A DNA stretch of 64,000 bases from an uncultured Pseudomonadota bacterium (GTDB taxonomy: Bacteria > Pseudomonadota > Alphaproteobacteria > Rs-D84), in NCBI GenBank assembly GCA_949298405.1, contig CASFWA010000002.1:10048-74047 (forward strand), in the 5' to 3' direction. A program made the translations under genes and the position numbers. The number at the start of each line of letters is the position of its first letter. Within the stretch, counting starts at the first letter, position 1. The notes below the pieces were generated by a model that searched no databases, was not told the origin of the DNA, and saw only the letters and a list, made by a program, of their open reading frames with translations. Of the stretch, positions 17,870-27,494 are shown piece by piece.

Positions 17870-18991
17870 TTAATTCTTATATTTCTGGTATACCCTTTCA
17901 GAAATCAAATCTCTTTCCCGTGCGATACCTAAAATATCATTCTCAAAATCGTAAGTTGTGCTGTAAAACTCGTTTAAAAAATCAGACGCAGCATTATTAT
18001 CTAAACCTATATCTATCCTTACACAATCTTTATAAACAGGTATATGTCGCCATACCTTTTCATCGTATAACATATCAAGAACAGGCAAATACAAAACACC
18101 CTTGTGCCATTTCAAAACAAATGCCCAGTGTCTTGAAAGCGCAATATCTGGCATGTGAATTACCATGGAATTATCTATATAAAATGTTTTTAAATTTAAC
18201 TGCTCTGTATCCCTTAGAAAAGTAAATACCCAATCAACATTGAAGTTAAACTCGTCTACATATTTTGTTGAATACTTTTCAATTAAATACTCGTTATAAC
18301 GCCAACCTATATTTTTCTTTACTACATCTAAACATTTCTGAGGATTTCTAACATACACAACCCCAAAAGACCAATGTACACCAAAAGATTTTGATACAAA
18401 CATATCGAAGTTAAAGCAATCTAAATCATTTTCTTCCGCATAAAATTCGGCTTTTTTCAGTGCTTCTGCTATTAATTCTGGCTTGGTCAAAATCATTATA
18501 TCGTCTGCATCAATATTATAAGTCCTTTTATAGTTATGTCTTGCAGCATGAACGAATGGGGTTAACATAGAATACGCAATTCTATGCCATAACTTCTGCC
18601 TTTCAACTTCATGCAATAATAATGGAACTTCTTTTTTTAATGTTTTCCTGTCACTTTTTATAAACGCGAAATCTTCGTTATAAAAGAAGCACGGTTTCTT
18701 AAAAATGCCTTCTTTCATTTTTTTATTGTCGCATACAAAATAGATAAAAGCGTCCATTCTGGCAATTATGTCCATCCAATGCTGAATACAATCAAAACTG
18801 GTTGTATGAACACGATGAACTTTTAAATAAAAAACCCGCTGTCCAGGTTTAGGCTTATGCCTTCTGCAACGTTCTATTTTCAATTTACCGTTTTGGTGTG
18901 TGTACTGAAAAACAGGAATTCCTAAAAGATAGAATTTTCTTATTTTTTCCCCATTTACTAATCTTACTTTTACTTTTTTTACAATTTTCAT
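17870..18991 (-). CDS. hypothetical protein within the polysaccharide cluster
   Basis: 373-aa ORF on the same strand as, and tightly packed with, its neighbours. Confidence 0.45.
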   Translation of the reverse strand: MKIVKKVKVRLVNGEKIRKFYLLGIPVFQYTHQNGKLKIERCRRHKPKPGQRVFYLKVHRVHTTSFDCIQHWMDIIARMDAFIYFVCDNKKMKEGIFKKPCFFYNEDFAFIKSDRKTLKKEVPLLLHEVERQKLWHRIAYSMLTPFVHAARHNYKRTYNIDADDIMILTKPELIAEALKKAEFYAEENDLDCFNFDMFVSKSFGVHWSFGVVYVRNPQKCLDVVKKNIGWRYNEYLIEKYSTKYVDEFNFNVDWVFTFLRDTEQLNLKTFYIDNSMVIHMPDIALSRHWAFVLKWHKGVLYLPVLDMLYDEKVWRHIPVYKDCVRIDIGLDNNAASDFLNEFYSTTYDFENDILGIARERDLISERVYQKYKN

Positions 18992-19002
18992 AACATTTAC
19001 CC

Positions 19003-19932
19003 CTAATTATTTTCACCAGTCATTTCAAAAGCTTGGTCCCAAGTATCTATTCTTTTTACCCCCCTTTTTAAAACATGTGCCGGATTTCCGCCAATCACCG
19101 TATAAGATTCTTCAAATGGCTTTACAACATTACTCTGCGCAGCAACAATCGTATAATCTGGCAGGCTTGCGTTTTTCCCTATAAAACTGCCCGTCCCTAT
19201 CCAACAATTATTGCCTATTCGCAGGACTCTTTTACGATGTCCATAATTTATTACTTTGTTTGTTTCAACATCTATTATCGGATGCGCGTCACTTACATAT
19301 ATCTTTGATTCAGCGGCAAGTCTTACATTATTTCCAATAAAGCACTTTAATCCGTATTCACACATATGAATTATAACCAAAGGATTTACGACCAAGTTAT
19401 CTCCTATTACTAATTCGCAATCTCCCATAGTCATAAAAATCACAAGACAAACTATTTTCTTGTCGTAAATCTTATTAGTAAAATTACCAAGCGAGAACTT
19501 ATGACCATCCCCAAGCATAGTAAGTTCTAATCTTTCTATTATCTTAGGCGCGCGAATTTTTATGGTGTTATTATTACCTTCTATTGTAAGAATTAAACCT
19601 GGTATTATTTTTGTCGTTTCAACATAATCACCAACCGCATCATTCCAAACTAATAACTTATTATTTTCCCCATGAAATACATAGTCGCTTGGACCAGCGG
19701 GTGGTGTTATTGCCTGTCTGAAATCGCTTTCTACTTTTGATAATTCTGACTTTGTTGTAAATGTTTCAAGTTTTGGGTAAATATCATTTACACCTTTTCT
19801 TAAATCTTCAATTTGTCCGCGCAAATCGTCTATCGGGTTATACATTAGTTTTTCACGAAAAGACTTTCTGCGTTCTTCATTTGGTATGAAACGACAAAGT
19901 GTATCTACCCAAAACTTTTTCATTATAATCAC
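19003..19932 (-). CDS. left-handed beta-helix (hexapeptide) acyl/acetyltransferase
   Basis: 309 aa. C-terminal hexapeptide repeats (IGNNCWIGTGSFIGKNASLPDYTIVAAQSNV). Overlaps the rpe-like gene by 4 nt. Confidence 0.6.
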   Translation of the reverse strand: MIIMKKFWVDTLCRFIPNEERRKSFREKLMYNPIDDLRGQIEDLRKGVNDIYPKLETFTTKSELSKVESDFRQAITPPAGPSDYVFHGENNKLLVWNDAVGDYVETTKIIPGLILTIEGNNNTIKIRAPKIIERLELTMLGDGHKFSLGNFTNKIYDKKIVCLVIFMTMGDCELVIGDNLVVNPLVIIHMCEYGLKCFIGNNVRLAAESKIYVSDAHPIIDVETNKVINYGHRKRVLRIGNNCWIGTGSFIGKNASLPDYTIVAAQSNVVKPFEESYTVIGGNPAHVLKRGVKRIDTWDQAFEMTGENN

Positions 19933-20582
19933 CTTAACTTTTCTACAATTTCTTTGTAAGTACGCAGTCCTCTTTTCTTACCGAACATTTCTGACGCAGT
20001 ACCACATACAAATTCTTCAATACCACGCGCAGACCACTTTGAAATTACATCTGGTGACACACAACCGTCTAAACGAATAGAAAATTTTCTATTTGGCATA
20101 TCTGCTAAAAACGCTAATTTTTTTTCAACTTCTGGTACAGCAGACTGACCCGCAAACCCAGGATTCACCCGCATAACCAATAAAGTATCTATTAATGGAA
20201 ACAAATTCTGAACTTCTTCAATTCTTGTTCCTGGGTTTATAGCAAGCCCCGCTTTTCTGCCGTTTAATTTTATTTCTTGCAAATATTTAGCAGAATCCCC
20301 AGATTCATAATGCACATAAATTATATCCGCACCATTTTTAAAAGCATAAGGTAAATGAATGCTAGGTACTTTTACCATTAAATGTGCATCTAGTGGTTTA
20401 GAAGTCATCTTTCTGACCGCCGCAAAATCTGCCCAAGACAAAGCAAAGTTCGGCACGAACTCCCCGTCCATAATATCCATGTGATATTGGTCTATTCCTG
20501 CTGCATCCATATCGGCAATTTCCGAACGGAAACTGCCGAAGTCTGCGCACATAATCGAAGGGCACAATATTTTATACGCCAT
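19929..20582 (-). CDS. rpe: ribulose-phosphate 3-epimerase family enzyme (Rpe/AlsE-like)
   Basis: The ORF track gives 19929-20606. The likely true start is MAYKILCPSIMCADFG at 20582 (Rpe N-terminal motif). HMDIMDGEFVPN, VNPGFAGQ and GCVSPDV are Rpe signatures. Confidence 0.75.
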   Translation of the reverse strand: MAYKILCPSIMCADFGSFRSEIADMDAAGIDQYHMDIMDGEFVPNFALSWADFAAVRKMTSKPLDAHLMVKVPSIHLPYAFKNGADIIYVHYESGDSAKYLQEIKLNGRKAGLAINPGTRIEEVQNLFPLIDTLLVMRVNPGFAGQSAVPEVEKKLAFLADMPNRKFSIRLDGCVSPDVISKWSARGIEEFVCGTASEMFGKKRGLRTYKEIVEKLR

Positions 20583-20583
20583 T

Positions 20584-21480
20584 TTATGCCCTTTTAGGTT
20601 TAGCAATCATAAATTCGCAACCAGAAACATCTAGTTTTTCATTTGGTTCTAATAATATCGCTGTACCAGGTAAAATCTTTATACCGTCAATTTCTTTTTC
20701 ACCACGCAACATTACAGCAAACGCAAACATATCCCCCTTGTTTTCAAATGTATCAACACCTTTAACAAGTTGTGTCGAATACATACGTTCTTCGATAGGT
20801 TCGCCGTCTTTATACTTTCTGGACGTTGATTTCTTATTTACATCTAAACAAGCAAGTGCTTTTTCTAATTGCAATGGTCTTTTTTTACCGTCTTTATCAA
20901 CGCGGTCATAATCATAAAAGCGATAAGTTTTTTCACAATTTTCTTCTATTTCGAAATGAAGTGAACCTGCTGTTGCAGCATGCAAAGTACCCCCAACTAT
21001 ATAAACATAATCACCTTCTTCACACGGCATTGAATCCAAAGTTTCTGCAATTTTTCCGTCTTTTATTTTCTGCTTCATATCATCAACGGATTTCGCTTTA
21101 CAACCGTTATACATTTTTCCGCTTTTAGGTGCTTCTAGTGTGTAAAAAGACTCATTCTTTCCAAAGGGTTTATTCTCTAATTCCTGAGCCTTCTTATCGT
21201 CTGGGTGTACTTGTATAGAAAGGTCGTCGTCTGCTTCAACCAATGCCATTAATATAGGCAATTCAGGATATTTGCTTAGACCATACTTGTCACGATTTTC
21301 CATAAACCAATCGTGAATGTTTTTACCTTTATCTGGTCCATAAATTATCTCGTTCTTAAATTCTTCAGTATCTATTGCTGAATACAGGTGCCCTATTTTA
21401 TGACAATTAGAACCTGAATATGGTGTCAATTTTGCTCCACCCCAAATAGTTTCGTGTACAATAGGTTTTAATATTTGCAT
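20584..21480 (-). CDS. class I mannose-6-phosphate isomerase-like cupin (ManA family)
   Basis: 298 aa. N-terminal IWGG and LSIQVHPDD are characteristic of type I PMI. Confidence 0.7.
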   Translation of the reverse strand: MQILKPIVHETIWGGAKLTPYSGSNCHKIGHLYSAIDTEEFKNEIIYGPDKGKNIHDWFMENRDKYGLSKYPELPILMALVEADDDLSIQVHPDDKKAQELENKPFGKNESFYTLEAPKSGKMYNGCKAKSVDDMKQKIKDGKIAETLDSMPCEEGDYVYIVGGTLHAATAGSLHFEIEENCEKTYRFYDYDRVDKDGKKRPLQLEKALACLDVNKKSTSRKYKDGEPIEERMYSTQLVKGVDTFENKGDMFAFAVMLRGEKEIDGIKILPGTAILLEPNEKLDVSGCEFMIAKPKRA

Positions 21481-21496
21481 GGTATGTCCTTATTTT

Positions 21497-21898
21497 TTAT
21501 AAGTTTTCATCAATTATTACCGACAATTCTTGTAAGCCTTGATTTCTATCTGGCGCAACAACATGTGCGCAACATAGACCACTAGGTTTGTTATCGTTGA
21601 ATAAAATTCTTTCTCCCATTGGAATTGCGAACTTTATATCATCAAAACGAATACCCGCATCCAAAATAAAGTTGATTGTCTTATCACGAACATCTGGTTC
21701 ATCTTCGCGCGCAGTAAGAATCAACACATAATCTTCCTCTGGGATATTACGCAAAAAATCCAGCGCACCAGGCAACCATTCATCCTGATTTGATATTCCG
21801 TCTTTATAACCATTGTGCCTTACTAATGTCCCGTCAAAGTCCAGTATCCATGTATGACGTAATGGCGATAAACGCAGTTCTTTATTGCTCATTTTCAT
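21497..21898 (-). CDS. small HAD-superfamily phosphatase
   Basis: 133 aa. DFDGTL motif I near the N-terminus (ILDFDGTLV). Confidence 0.55.
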   Translation of the reverse strand: MKMSNKELRLSPLRHTWILDFDGTLVRHNGYKDGISNQDEWLPGALDFLRNIPEEDYVLILTAREDEPDVRDKTINFILDAGIRFDDIKFAIPMGERILFNDNKPSGLCCAHVVAPDRNQGLQELSVIIDENL

Positions 21899-23405
21899 AC
21901 TCCATTAGCCATTCGTTAAACAATAAAGTTCCGTTATAAAACGCTATGCACATAGAGTCATAGTCTTCCCATGCATGCGAAGCCAACGACAGCCAAATAA
22001 TCGCATGTATTAATTTGATTTCTTTTACACTTGCTTCTTCTTTCGGAATTAAATTCAAGAAATAATCTGTTAGATGTTCCCACCCACCACTATTAATACT
22101 GAATGTCACTTCTTTATCAGATATATCTAAACTGAACTTTTTTATATTAAATTGGTCAAAGTTGCCGTAAATCGCATAGTACATTTTTGCCCAGTCATAT
22201 CTGACATCACCAAGGACTTGACTCTTTCCAAAATAACCACGCGCATCTATGAAATAGATTTTTCCAAGGTCATCTATCATCGTGTTTGTTAACTGACAAT
22301 CACCATGTATAGGACCGTAATATGTACTCATTAATGTGTTCAGAACCGCATGACGCAAAAGGTCTATGTTCCACATTATGTTCTGACACTTTTTACCATT
22401 TATAGAAATAAATCTTTCATTAGCGAACGGTATCGCAGATATTATTCCCTGCAATCTGTGTATAGTTTTTTTCAAGTATTCGGTATATAAATCCCATGCA
22501 GATGAAGGTGCTTTTTCATAACTATGCATAGTCTGTAATGCATGCACCATTTTTCGTATGGTTTCTTTACGATTATCATCGTCCATCTCTGCAAGGAAGA
22601 CATTTTTACCATGTATTAGTTCCATTGTTAGTGGATTCGTATTATATACTTTTGGTATGTATTCGAATCCGTATTCTTCCATTTTCTTATACCAGACAAC
22701 CTCGCGTTCTATCAACTTTACCGCTTCTGGTGTAAGACCGGTCTTTACAACCTTGCCATCAATAAATTCTATCTTGTTATAAGGACGGCATCTGTTAGAT
22801 GCTGTAGAAATCTCGTTATATGCTTCTAAGGTTCCTACATCAATGCTGCCCATTAAAGATATCGGGCTTAATGGAATATCCTTTTCGGCCAGCCATTTTG
22901 TAAAAGAACCTTCTGTCGGAAAATCTGTAAACCAACTTTTGTTATCAAAGATATATAAACCTGCAACCCCTTTACCTGAAATTTGCTCGTTCACAAGTTT
23001 TCCTTCTTTTAAACTCCATGAACAAGGAAAATCAACCAAACCAATCTGACACCCTTTTACTATTTCATTTATGCAAAAGGAATCTGATAAAATTATATCC
23101 GACCAAATAATCATAAATGGTTCGTTATCAGGTATATAAGAAACTGCTTCTTTTATTCCCGCCGCATTACCCTTGGTTGTGGCACGAACTAACATATAAT
23201 TAACATCTTTCGCGAATGTAGATAAATATCTATCTAAAACATCAAACTTATAATCACCGATAATTATAAACTCGTCTTTCGGATACTTTTTAAACAAGTG
23301 AAATATTATAGGCATATATTTTGCAGAAATTAAACTTTTGGGTTTTACATGCGTCAAAGCCTTCATTCTGGAACCAAGTCCACCCGCTTGAATTATGATT
23401 TTCAT
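21882..23405 (-). CDS. bifunctional sugar-phosphate nucleotidyltransferase / APH-type (LicA/AmgK-like) kinase
   Basis: 507 aa. N-terminal IIQAGGLGSRM (the G-x-G-T/S-R nucleotidyltransferase motif). C-terminal HGDCQLTNTMID...IDARG resembles the HGD..N..D catalytic loop of aminoglycoside/choline-kinase-fold kinases. Confidence 0.65.
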   Translation of the reverse strand: MKIIIQAGGLGSRMKALTHVKPKSLISAKYMPIIFHLFKKYPKDEFIIIGDYKFDVLDRYLSTFAKDVNYMLVRATTKGNAAGIKEAVSYIPDNEPFMIIWSDIILSDSFCINEIVKGCQIGLVDFPCSWSLKEGKLVNEQISGKGVAGLYIFDNKSWFTDFPTEGSFTKWLAEKDIPLSPISLMGSIDVGTLEAYNEISTASNRCRPYNKIEFIDGKVVKTGLTPEAVKLIEREVVWYKKMEEYGFEYIPKVYNTNPLTMELIHGKNVFLAEMDDDNRKETIRKMVHALQTMHSYEKAPSSAWDLYTEYLKKTIHRLQGIISAIPFANERFISINGKKCQNIMWNIDLLRHAVLNTLMSTYYGPIHGDCQLTNTMIDDLGKIYFIDARGYFGKSQVLGDVRYDWAKMYYAIYGNFDQFNIKKFSLDISDKEVTFSINSGGWEHLTDYFLNLIPKEEASVKEIKLIHAIIWLSLASHAWEDYDSMCIAFYNGTLLFNEWLMEYENEQ

Positions 23406-23560
23406 CGTCTCTCCCCCTCTTTTCCAGTGATAAAATTACCACCCGTCTTACAAATAAGATTTAGTACTATAAATTCCTGTATAATTCGAGGAGTATACAT
23501 TCCTATATTCCTTAGGATTTTTTAGAAAATTCATAATGTTATCATATGAGAACACTAAAT

Positions 23561-23580
23561 AAAAAAGCCCCAAGTGGGGC
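23561..23580 (-). terminator. rho-independent terminator after the DUF378 gene
   Basis: GCCCCA-AG-TGGGGC with a T-run on the minus strand. Confidence 0.5.
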
Positions 23581-23612
23581 AAAATGACATGAACAATTTT
23601 TTTATTTATTTT

Positions 23613-23825
23613 TTAACGTTCACTGTTATCAGATTTATCAATGAACATCCAAATTAACCATATTAATGCAGCAATACCAACCAAACTATATACTATACTG
23701 CTGGCCAATGTGCCTGCACCAAAAATAAATGCAACCAAATCAAACCCAAATATACCTATCAAGCCCCAGTTCAAGGCACCGATAAATGTCAATGGTTTCA
23801 AAACATAATTTGTTAATCCTCTCAT
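23613..23825 (-). CDS. DUF378-family small membrane protein
   Basis: 70 aa. GALNWGLIGIFGFDLVAFIFG matches the DUF378 signature. Confidence 0.6.
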   Translation of the reverse strand: MRGLTNYVLKPLTFIGALNWGLIGIFGFDLVAFIFGAGTLASSIVYSLVGIAALIWLIWMFIDKSDNSER

Positions 23826-23989
23826 CTTTTCTCTCCTTTTAAGGTTTAGTTTTTACGTCCTGCGACAAAGCAATTATATATATTTTTTTACATACTTTCA
23901 ATCGCAATACTGCATTTAGGAAAAGATACTTAACCCATAATTCACAAGGATTTCAACAATATATACTAGATTAAATTGCCGCAAATCTC

Positions 23990-24664
23990 TTAGTGATTAA
24001 TTATGTTTTTAATCGCAAAATTTGCCAGGCACAAACCGAATGTTCCTGTCACGGTTATAACAGAACCAAACACCCTGCCTTTTACATTATCATCAGCAGG
24101 CTCGGTTGAATATACTGTATAAAAATCCTTAATTTTTTCTTCTTTTACAATCTTTCTTATCTTCGCTGCAAGTGGGCATACACTAGTCTTTGAAATCTTC
24201 CCCACTTTTATTTGTGAGATATCTGTCTTACGTGCTGCACCCATACTTGATATAAAAGGTATTTCTTTTTTTTGACACCATTTATATAACGCTATCTTCG
24301 ATTCAACCGTATCTATTGCATCTATTACAAAATCAGGTTTTATATCTAAATCCGTATCTTTATCAAAAAACATATCTAACGCATCAACTGTTATATCTGG
24401 TGATATATCTTTTATCCTGTCTTTTGCTACTTCTACTTTCTGCTTACCCAAAGTACTTTCCAAAGCAAATAATTGACGATTTATGTTTGTTTCTTCTACC
24501 TTATCAAAATCTATTACTATAAGATGCCCGATACCACTTCGTGCCAAAGCCTCTATCGCAAAAGAACCAACCGCACCACACCCCACAACCATCACCGTCG
24601 CATTCTGCAACTTACTTATAGCATCATCACCAAATAATAAACGCGTTCTGTGTAATCTATCCAT
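23990..24664 (-). CDS. tcdA: tRNA threonylcarbamoyladenosine dehydratase (ThiF/MoeB-fold, TcdA/CsdL-like)
   Basis: 224 aa. Rossmann motif VVGCGAVGS and E1-like fold. Confidence 0.7.
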   Translation of the reverse strand: MDRLHRTRLLFGDDAISKLQNATVMVVGCGAVGSFAIEALARSGIGHLIVIDFDKVEETNINRQLFALESTLGKQKVEVAKDRIKDISPDITVDALDMFFDKDTDLDIKPDFVIDAIDTVESKIALYKWCQKKEIPFISSMGAARKTDISQIKVGKISKTSVCPLAAKIRKIVKEEKIKDFYTVYSTEPADDNVKGRVFGSVITVTGTFGLCLANFAIKNIINH

Positions 24665-25385
24665 TATTCAATACTCTTTTACTATTTTCGTAAACTTGTT
24701 TTATAAAGTCTGATTTTTCTGCGTCACGCATTTCTGCAAGCCTTTCTGCAACTTTTATAACATTTTCTATTTTTTCATTGTCGCTTTCAATAAGTATCCT
24801 GTCATGCGGTGTTGCAACAGCAGATTCTTTTAACTTATTGTGCCCATCTGTAAAAACAAGTGGTGAATAAGAAAAATATACATTACCCAAACTCAACAAC
24901 CTTCCCATAACATCCGCGCCACCGTTATAAGAATGAAATATTAGTTTTGGTGGGATTTCTTTTCCGCGTTTCTTTAATATGTGCAATATTTTATCCCACC
25001 CACCGACACAATGTATATGTACAGTTCTGTTCAAATTAGTTGCGACATCAAGTTGCGCACAAAAGACTTTTTCCTGTAAGTCCATATCTGGCTTATATTT
25101 ATCAAGCCCTATTTCACCAACCATAAATTCTGAATTCTGATTTAAAACCTCGGTCAAACGCTGTTCCCACCCTTCTCTTAAATCTTTCACGTTCCAAGGA
25201 TGAATACCAAACGCACATTTTACTGCTGAATAATTTTTTGATAAATCAAGCAACTTTGTCCAATCCTTTTCAGATGTTGAATTACATACACAACAAACTA
25301 CGCCAGATTTTTCCGCACTATTCAGCACAATTTCTGGCTCAGGCACATTCTGTAAATGACAATGAATATCTATATATTTCGGCAT
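24657..25385 (-). CDS. tatD: TatD-family metal-dependent hydrolase/DNase
   Basis: 242 aa. N-terminal IDIHCHL (HxH) and later metal-binding H/E/D residues. Confidence 0.8.
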   Translation of the reverse strand: MPKYIDIHCHLQNVPEPEIVLNSAEKSGVVCCVCNSTSEKDWTKLLDLSKNYSAVKCAFGIHPWNVKDLREGWEQRLTEVLNQNSEFMVGEIGLDKYKPDMDLQEKVFCAQLDVATNLNRTVHIHCVGGWDKILHILKKRGKEIPPKLIFHSYNGGADVMGRLLSLGNVYFSYSPLVFTDGHNKLKESAVATPHDRILIESDNEKIENVIKVAERLAEMRDAEKSDFIKQVYENSKRVLNNG

Positions 25386-25435
25386 ACCACAAGGGTAAAA
25401 TTTATAAAACGTTTTTCAAGTACAACTTTATCATC

Positions 25436-25464
25436 TTGATTTTTTTACTATTTTATGATATACT
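25436..25464 (+). promoter_or_regulatory. sigma70-like promoter (TTGATT-17 bp-TATACT)
   Basis: -35 TTGATT at 25436-25441, a 17-nt spacer, -10 TATACT at 25459-25464. Read from sequence; strength and activity unknown. Confidence 0.45.
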
Positions 25465-25480
25465 ATATGCAATTGATAAG

Positions 25481-25505
25481 GTGGTCTTCGCGACCACTTT
25501 TTTTA
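25481..25505 (+). terminator. intrinsic terminator-like hairpin 1 in the methyltransferase leader
   Basis: GGTGGTC-TTCG-CGACCAC followed by TTTTTTTAT. Confidence 0.55.
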
Positions 25506-25507
25506 TT

Positions 25508-25538
25508 GCGCCCCGTTTTATGGGGCCTTTTTTATTTT
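25508..25538 (+). terminator. intrinsic terminator-like hairpin 2 in the methyltransferase leader
   Basis: GCGCCCC-GTTTTAT-GGGGCC followed by TTTTTTATTTT. It lies immediately before the AAGGAG RBS at 25540-25545. Confidence 0.5.
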
Positions 25539-25550
25539 CAAGGAGCCTTT

Positions 25551-26426
25551 ATGCAAAAATATAAATACATAAACCTATTTTCTGGCATCGGTGGCTGGGA
25601 ATTAGGACTGCAAGACTTACCAATGGAAAACATTTTGTCTTGTGAAATTGATAAGTATGCACGTCAAACTTTCCTTGCTAATTTTCCCGACCTGCCCTGC
25701 GTAAAAAAGAATAACTACCCAACGAATATTCGTGAACTTAACCCGCATGATATACCAGAATTTGATATTCTGGTTGGCAGCCCACCTTGCCAATCTTTCT
25801 CAACCGCAGGACTTCGTAAAGGCTTAAAAGACGATAAAGACGATAAGGGAAATATGTTCTTCTATGTCTTGAACATTATTAAACACCACCGTCCAAAAGC
25901 ATTTATTCTGGAAAATGTAAAGGGATTACTTACAGCCGAAGGTGGCAGAAGTTTTCGTATTATTCACGACCTATTCAGAAACGCAGGTTATTCGTTCCAT
26001 TATAAAGTAATAAAAGGTTGTGATTGTGGAATTCCACAGGTCCGACAGCGCGTCTTTATGGTCGGATTTCGTGACGAGAATCAAGAAACAAGCACATTTC
26101 AGTTTCCTTCCCCAGTCCCACTTAAATTTACTATGCGTGATGTGTTTAAGTGTAAGACTTGTAATAGAGATATTGGGCATACTGTTATGACAACCCGCCA
26201 CAACAAAAATTATGGCGAACCTTTAAATTGGTCTGCATATATAATTGACGGGAAGGAAAGACGTATAACATTAGATGAAATTCAAATGCTAATGGGGTTC
26301 CCCGATAACTTTTTATTTCCTGTTCCTAAAACCCAACGAATGAAACAACTTGGGAACAGTATAATACCCGATTGTGTTAATATGGTATCAAAACAGGTTC
26401 TTTTGTACTTGAAAAACGTTTTTTGA
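25551..26426 (+). CDS. DNA (cytosine-5)-methyltransferase
   Basis: Motif I FSGIGGWELG, motif IV PPCQSFS, motif VI ENVKGL. The true start at 25551 (AAGGAG 5 nt upstream) is preferred over the ORF-track start at 25455, because the extension contains two terminator hairpins. Confidence 0.85.
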   Translation: MQKYKYINLFSGIGGWELGLQDLPMENILSCEIDKYARQTFLANFPDLPCVKKNNYPTNIRELNPHDIPEFDILVGSPPCQSFSTAGLRKGLKDDKDDKGNMFFYVLNIIKHHRPKAFILENVKGLLTAEGGRSFRIIHDLFRNAGYSFHYKVIKGCDCGIPQVRQRVFMVGFRDENQETSTFQFPSPVPLKFTMRDVFKCKTCNRDIGHTVMTTRHNKNYGEPLNWSAYIIDGKERRITLDEIQMLMGFPDNFLFPVPKTQRMKQLGNSIIPDCVNMVSKQVLLYLKNVF

Positions 26427-26443
26427 TTGGTAATCATTCTTTT

Positions 26444-27466
26444 ATGAAAAAAATATTTGTGCTTTTTTTTAGTGCTTTTATGTTGATATTCCATAGTGCC
26501 ACAGCATTTGAAATATCAGACATAAAAAACTATCCTGCTATTGTTGTTAAAACAATGGTTGAAAGTGATACACTTCATAAAACAACAAGCAAGAAAACAG
26601 AAATACGAAATGGCGAGGCTTTACGAAAAATTCTAGGCGATGAAAAGGTAAAATTTGATACAGAATATGTATATATAGGTGATAAAAAAATAGAAGAAAA
26701 AGGCTCTACTACCTGGTATCATTACACAAGCCCAAAATCAAAAACTAAAAAGCCAGTTTATCATTTGTACTATCAAAAGAAACGTCCTATGTACGAAGGA
26801 CAAGTTGGTGACACATTGGCGGTTATACGAAAATCTGATAGCGAGATAGTTTTGCTTATCGTAAAGCAAAATAGTGATGCAGAAAAAGAATTATATGAAA
26901 TTATCGGTATACTGCCAAACCATACAACAAATAAAGAATCTACATTTTGGCAACGACTATGGAATACAGAATCAAAACAAACAGAAGATTATGAATTAGA
27001 AGAAGAATCTTTACCACTACCTGCAATACCAGAAAAATCTTGGGTGCGTGTTTATTTCACCCCAGGTCCAGATTGTGAAAATAATATTATCACAGAAATC
27101 AACAATGCTAAAAAGATTGATATCGCTGTTTATTCTATAACAAACCAGAATATAGTTGATGCTATAATAGAAGCAAAAGAACGTGGTGCAAAAATAAGAG
27201 TTATAACAGACAGATTACAATCAAAAGGTAAATATTCATTAGTTGATGAACTTTCTGATGCAGGTATCCCCGTTATAACAAATGTCGGACATAAGATTAT
27301 GCACAACAAGTTCGCTATATTTGACGGTAAAAGAATAGAAAGTGGCAGTTATAACTGGACTGAAAGTGCAACAGAATCAAACGCAGAAAATTGTACGTTC
27401 TTTGAACAAGAAAATAAAACCTTCTCTAAACAATTTGAATATCTTTGGGATTTGTATCAAAAATAA
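26444..27466 (+). CDS. secreted phospholipase-D-family (Nuc-like) nuclease
   Basis: Signal peptide MKKIFVLFFSAFMLIFHSATA. HNKFAIFDGKRIESGSYNWTESA is the HxK(x4)D...N PLD motif. The ORF track starts at 26423; the ATG at 26444 is the likely start. Confidence 0.7.
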   Translation: MKKIFVLFFSAFMLIFHSATAFEISDIKNYPAIVVKTMVESDTLHKTTSKKTEIRNGEALRKILGDEKVKFDTEYVYIGDKKIEEKGSTTWYHYTSPKSKTKKPVYHLYYQKKRPMYEGQVGDTLAVIRKSDSEIVLLIVKQNSDAEKELYEIIGILPNHTTNKESTFWQRLWNTESKQTEDYELEEESLPLPAIPEKSWVRVYFTPGPDCENNIITEINNAKKIDIAVYSITNQNIVDAIIEAKERGAKIRVITDRLQSKGKYSLVDELSDAGIPVITNVGHKIMHNKFAIFDGKRIESGSYNWTESATESNAENCTFFEQENKTFSKQFEYLWDLYQK

Positions 27467-27494
27467 AAAACCCGCTGAAATCAACAGGTTATCT

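Noticed and set aside
25455-25550. N-terminal extension of the methyltransferase ORF given by the ORF track
   Set aside because: The extension spans two terminator hairpins and precedes a canonical AAGGAG RBS placed 5 nt before the ATG at 25551. Conserved motif I follows shortly after that ATG.
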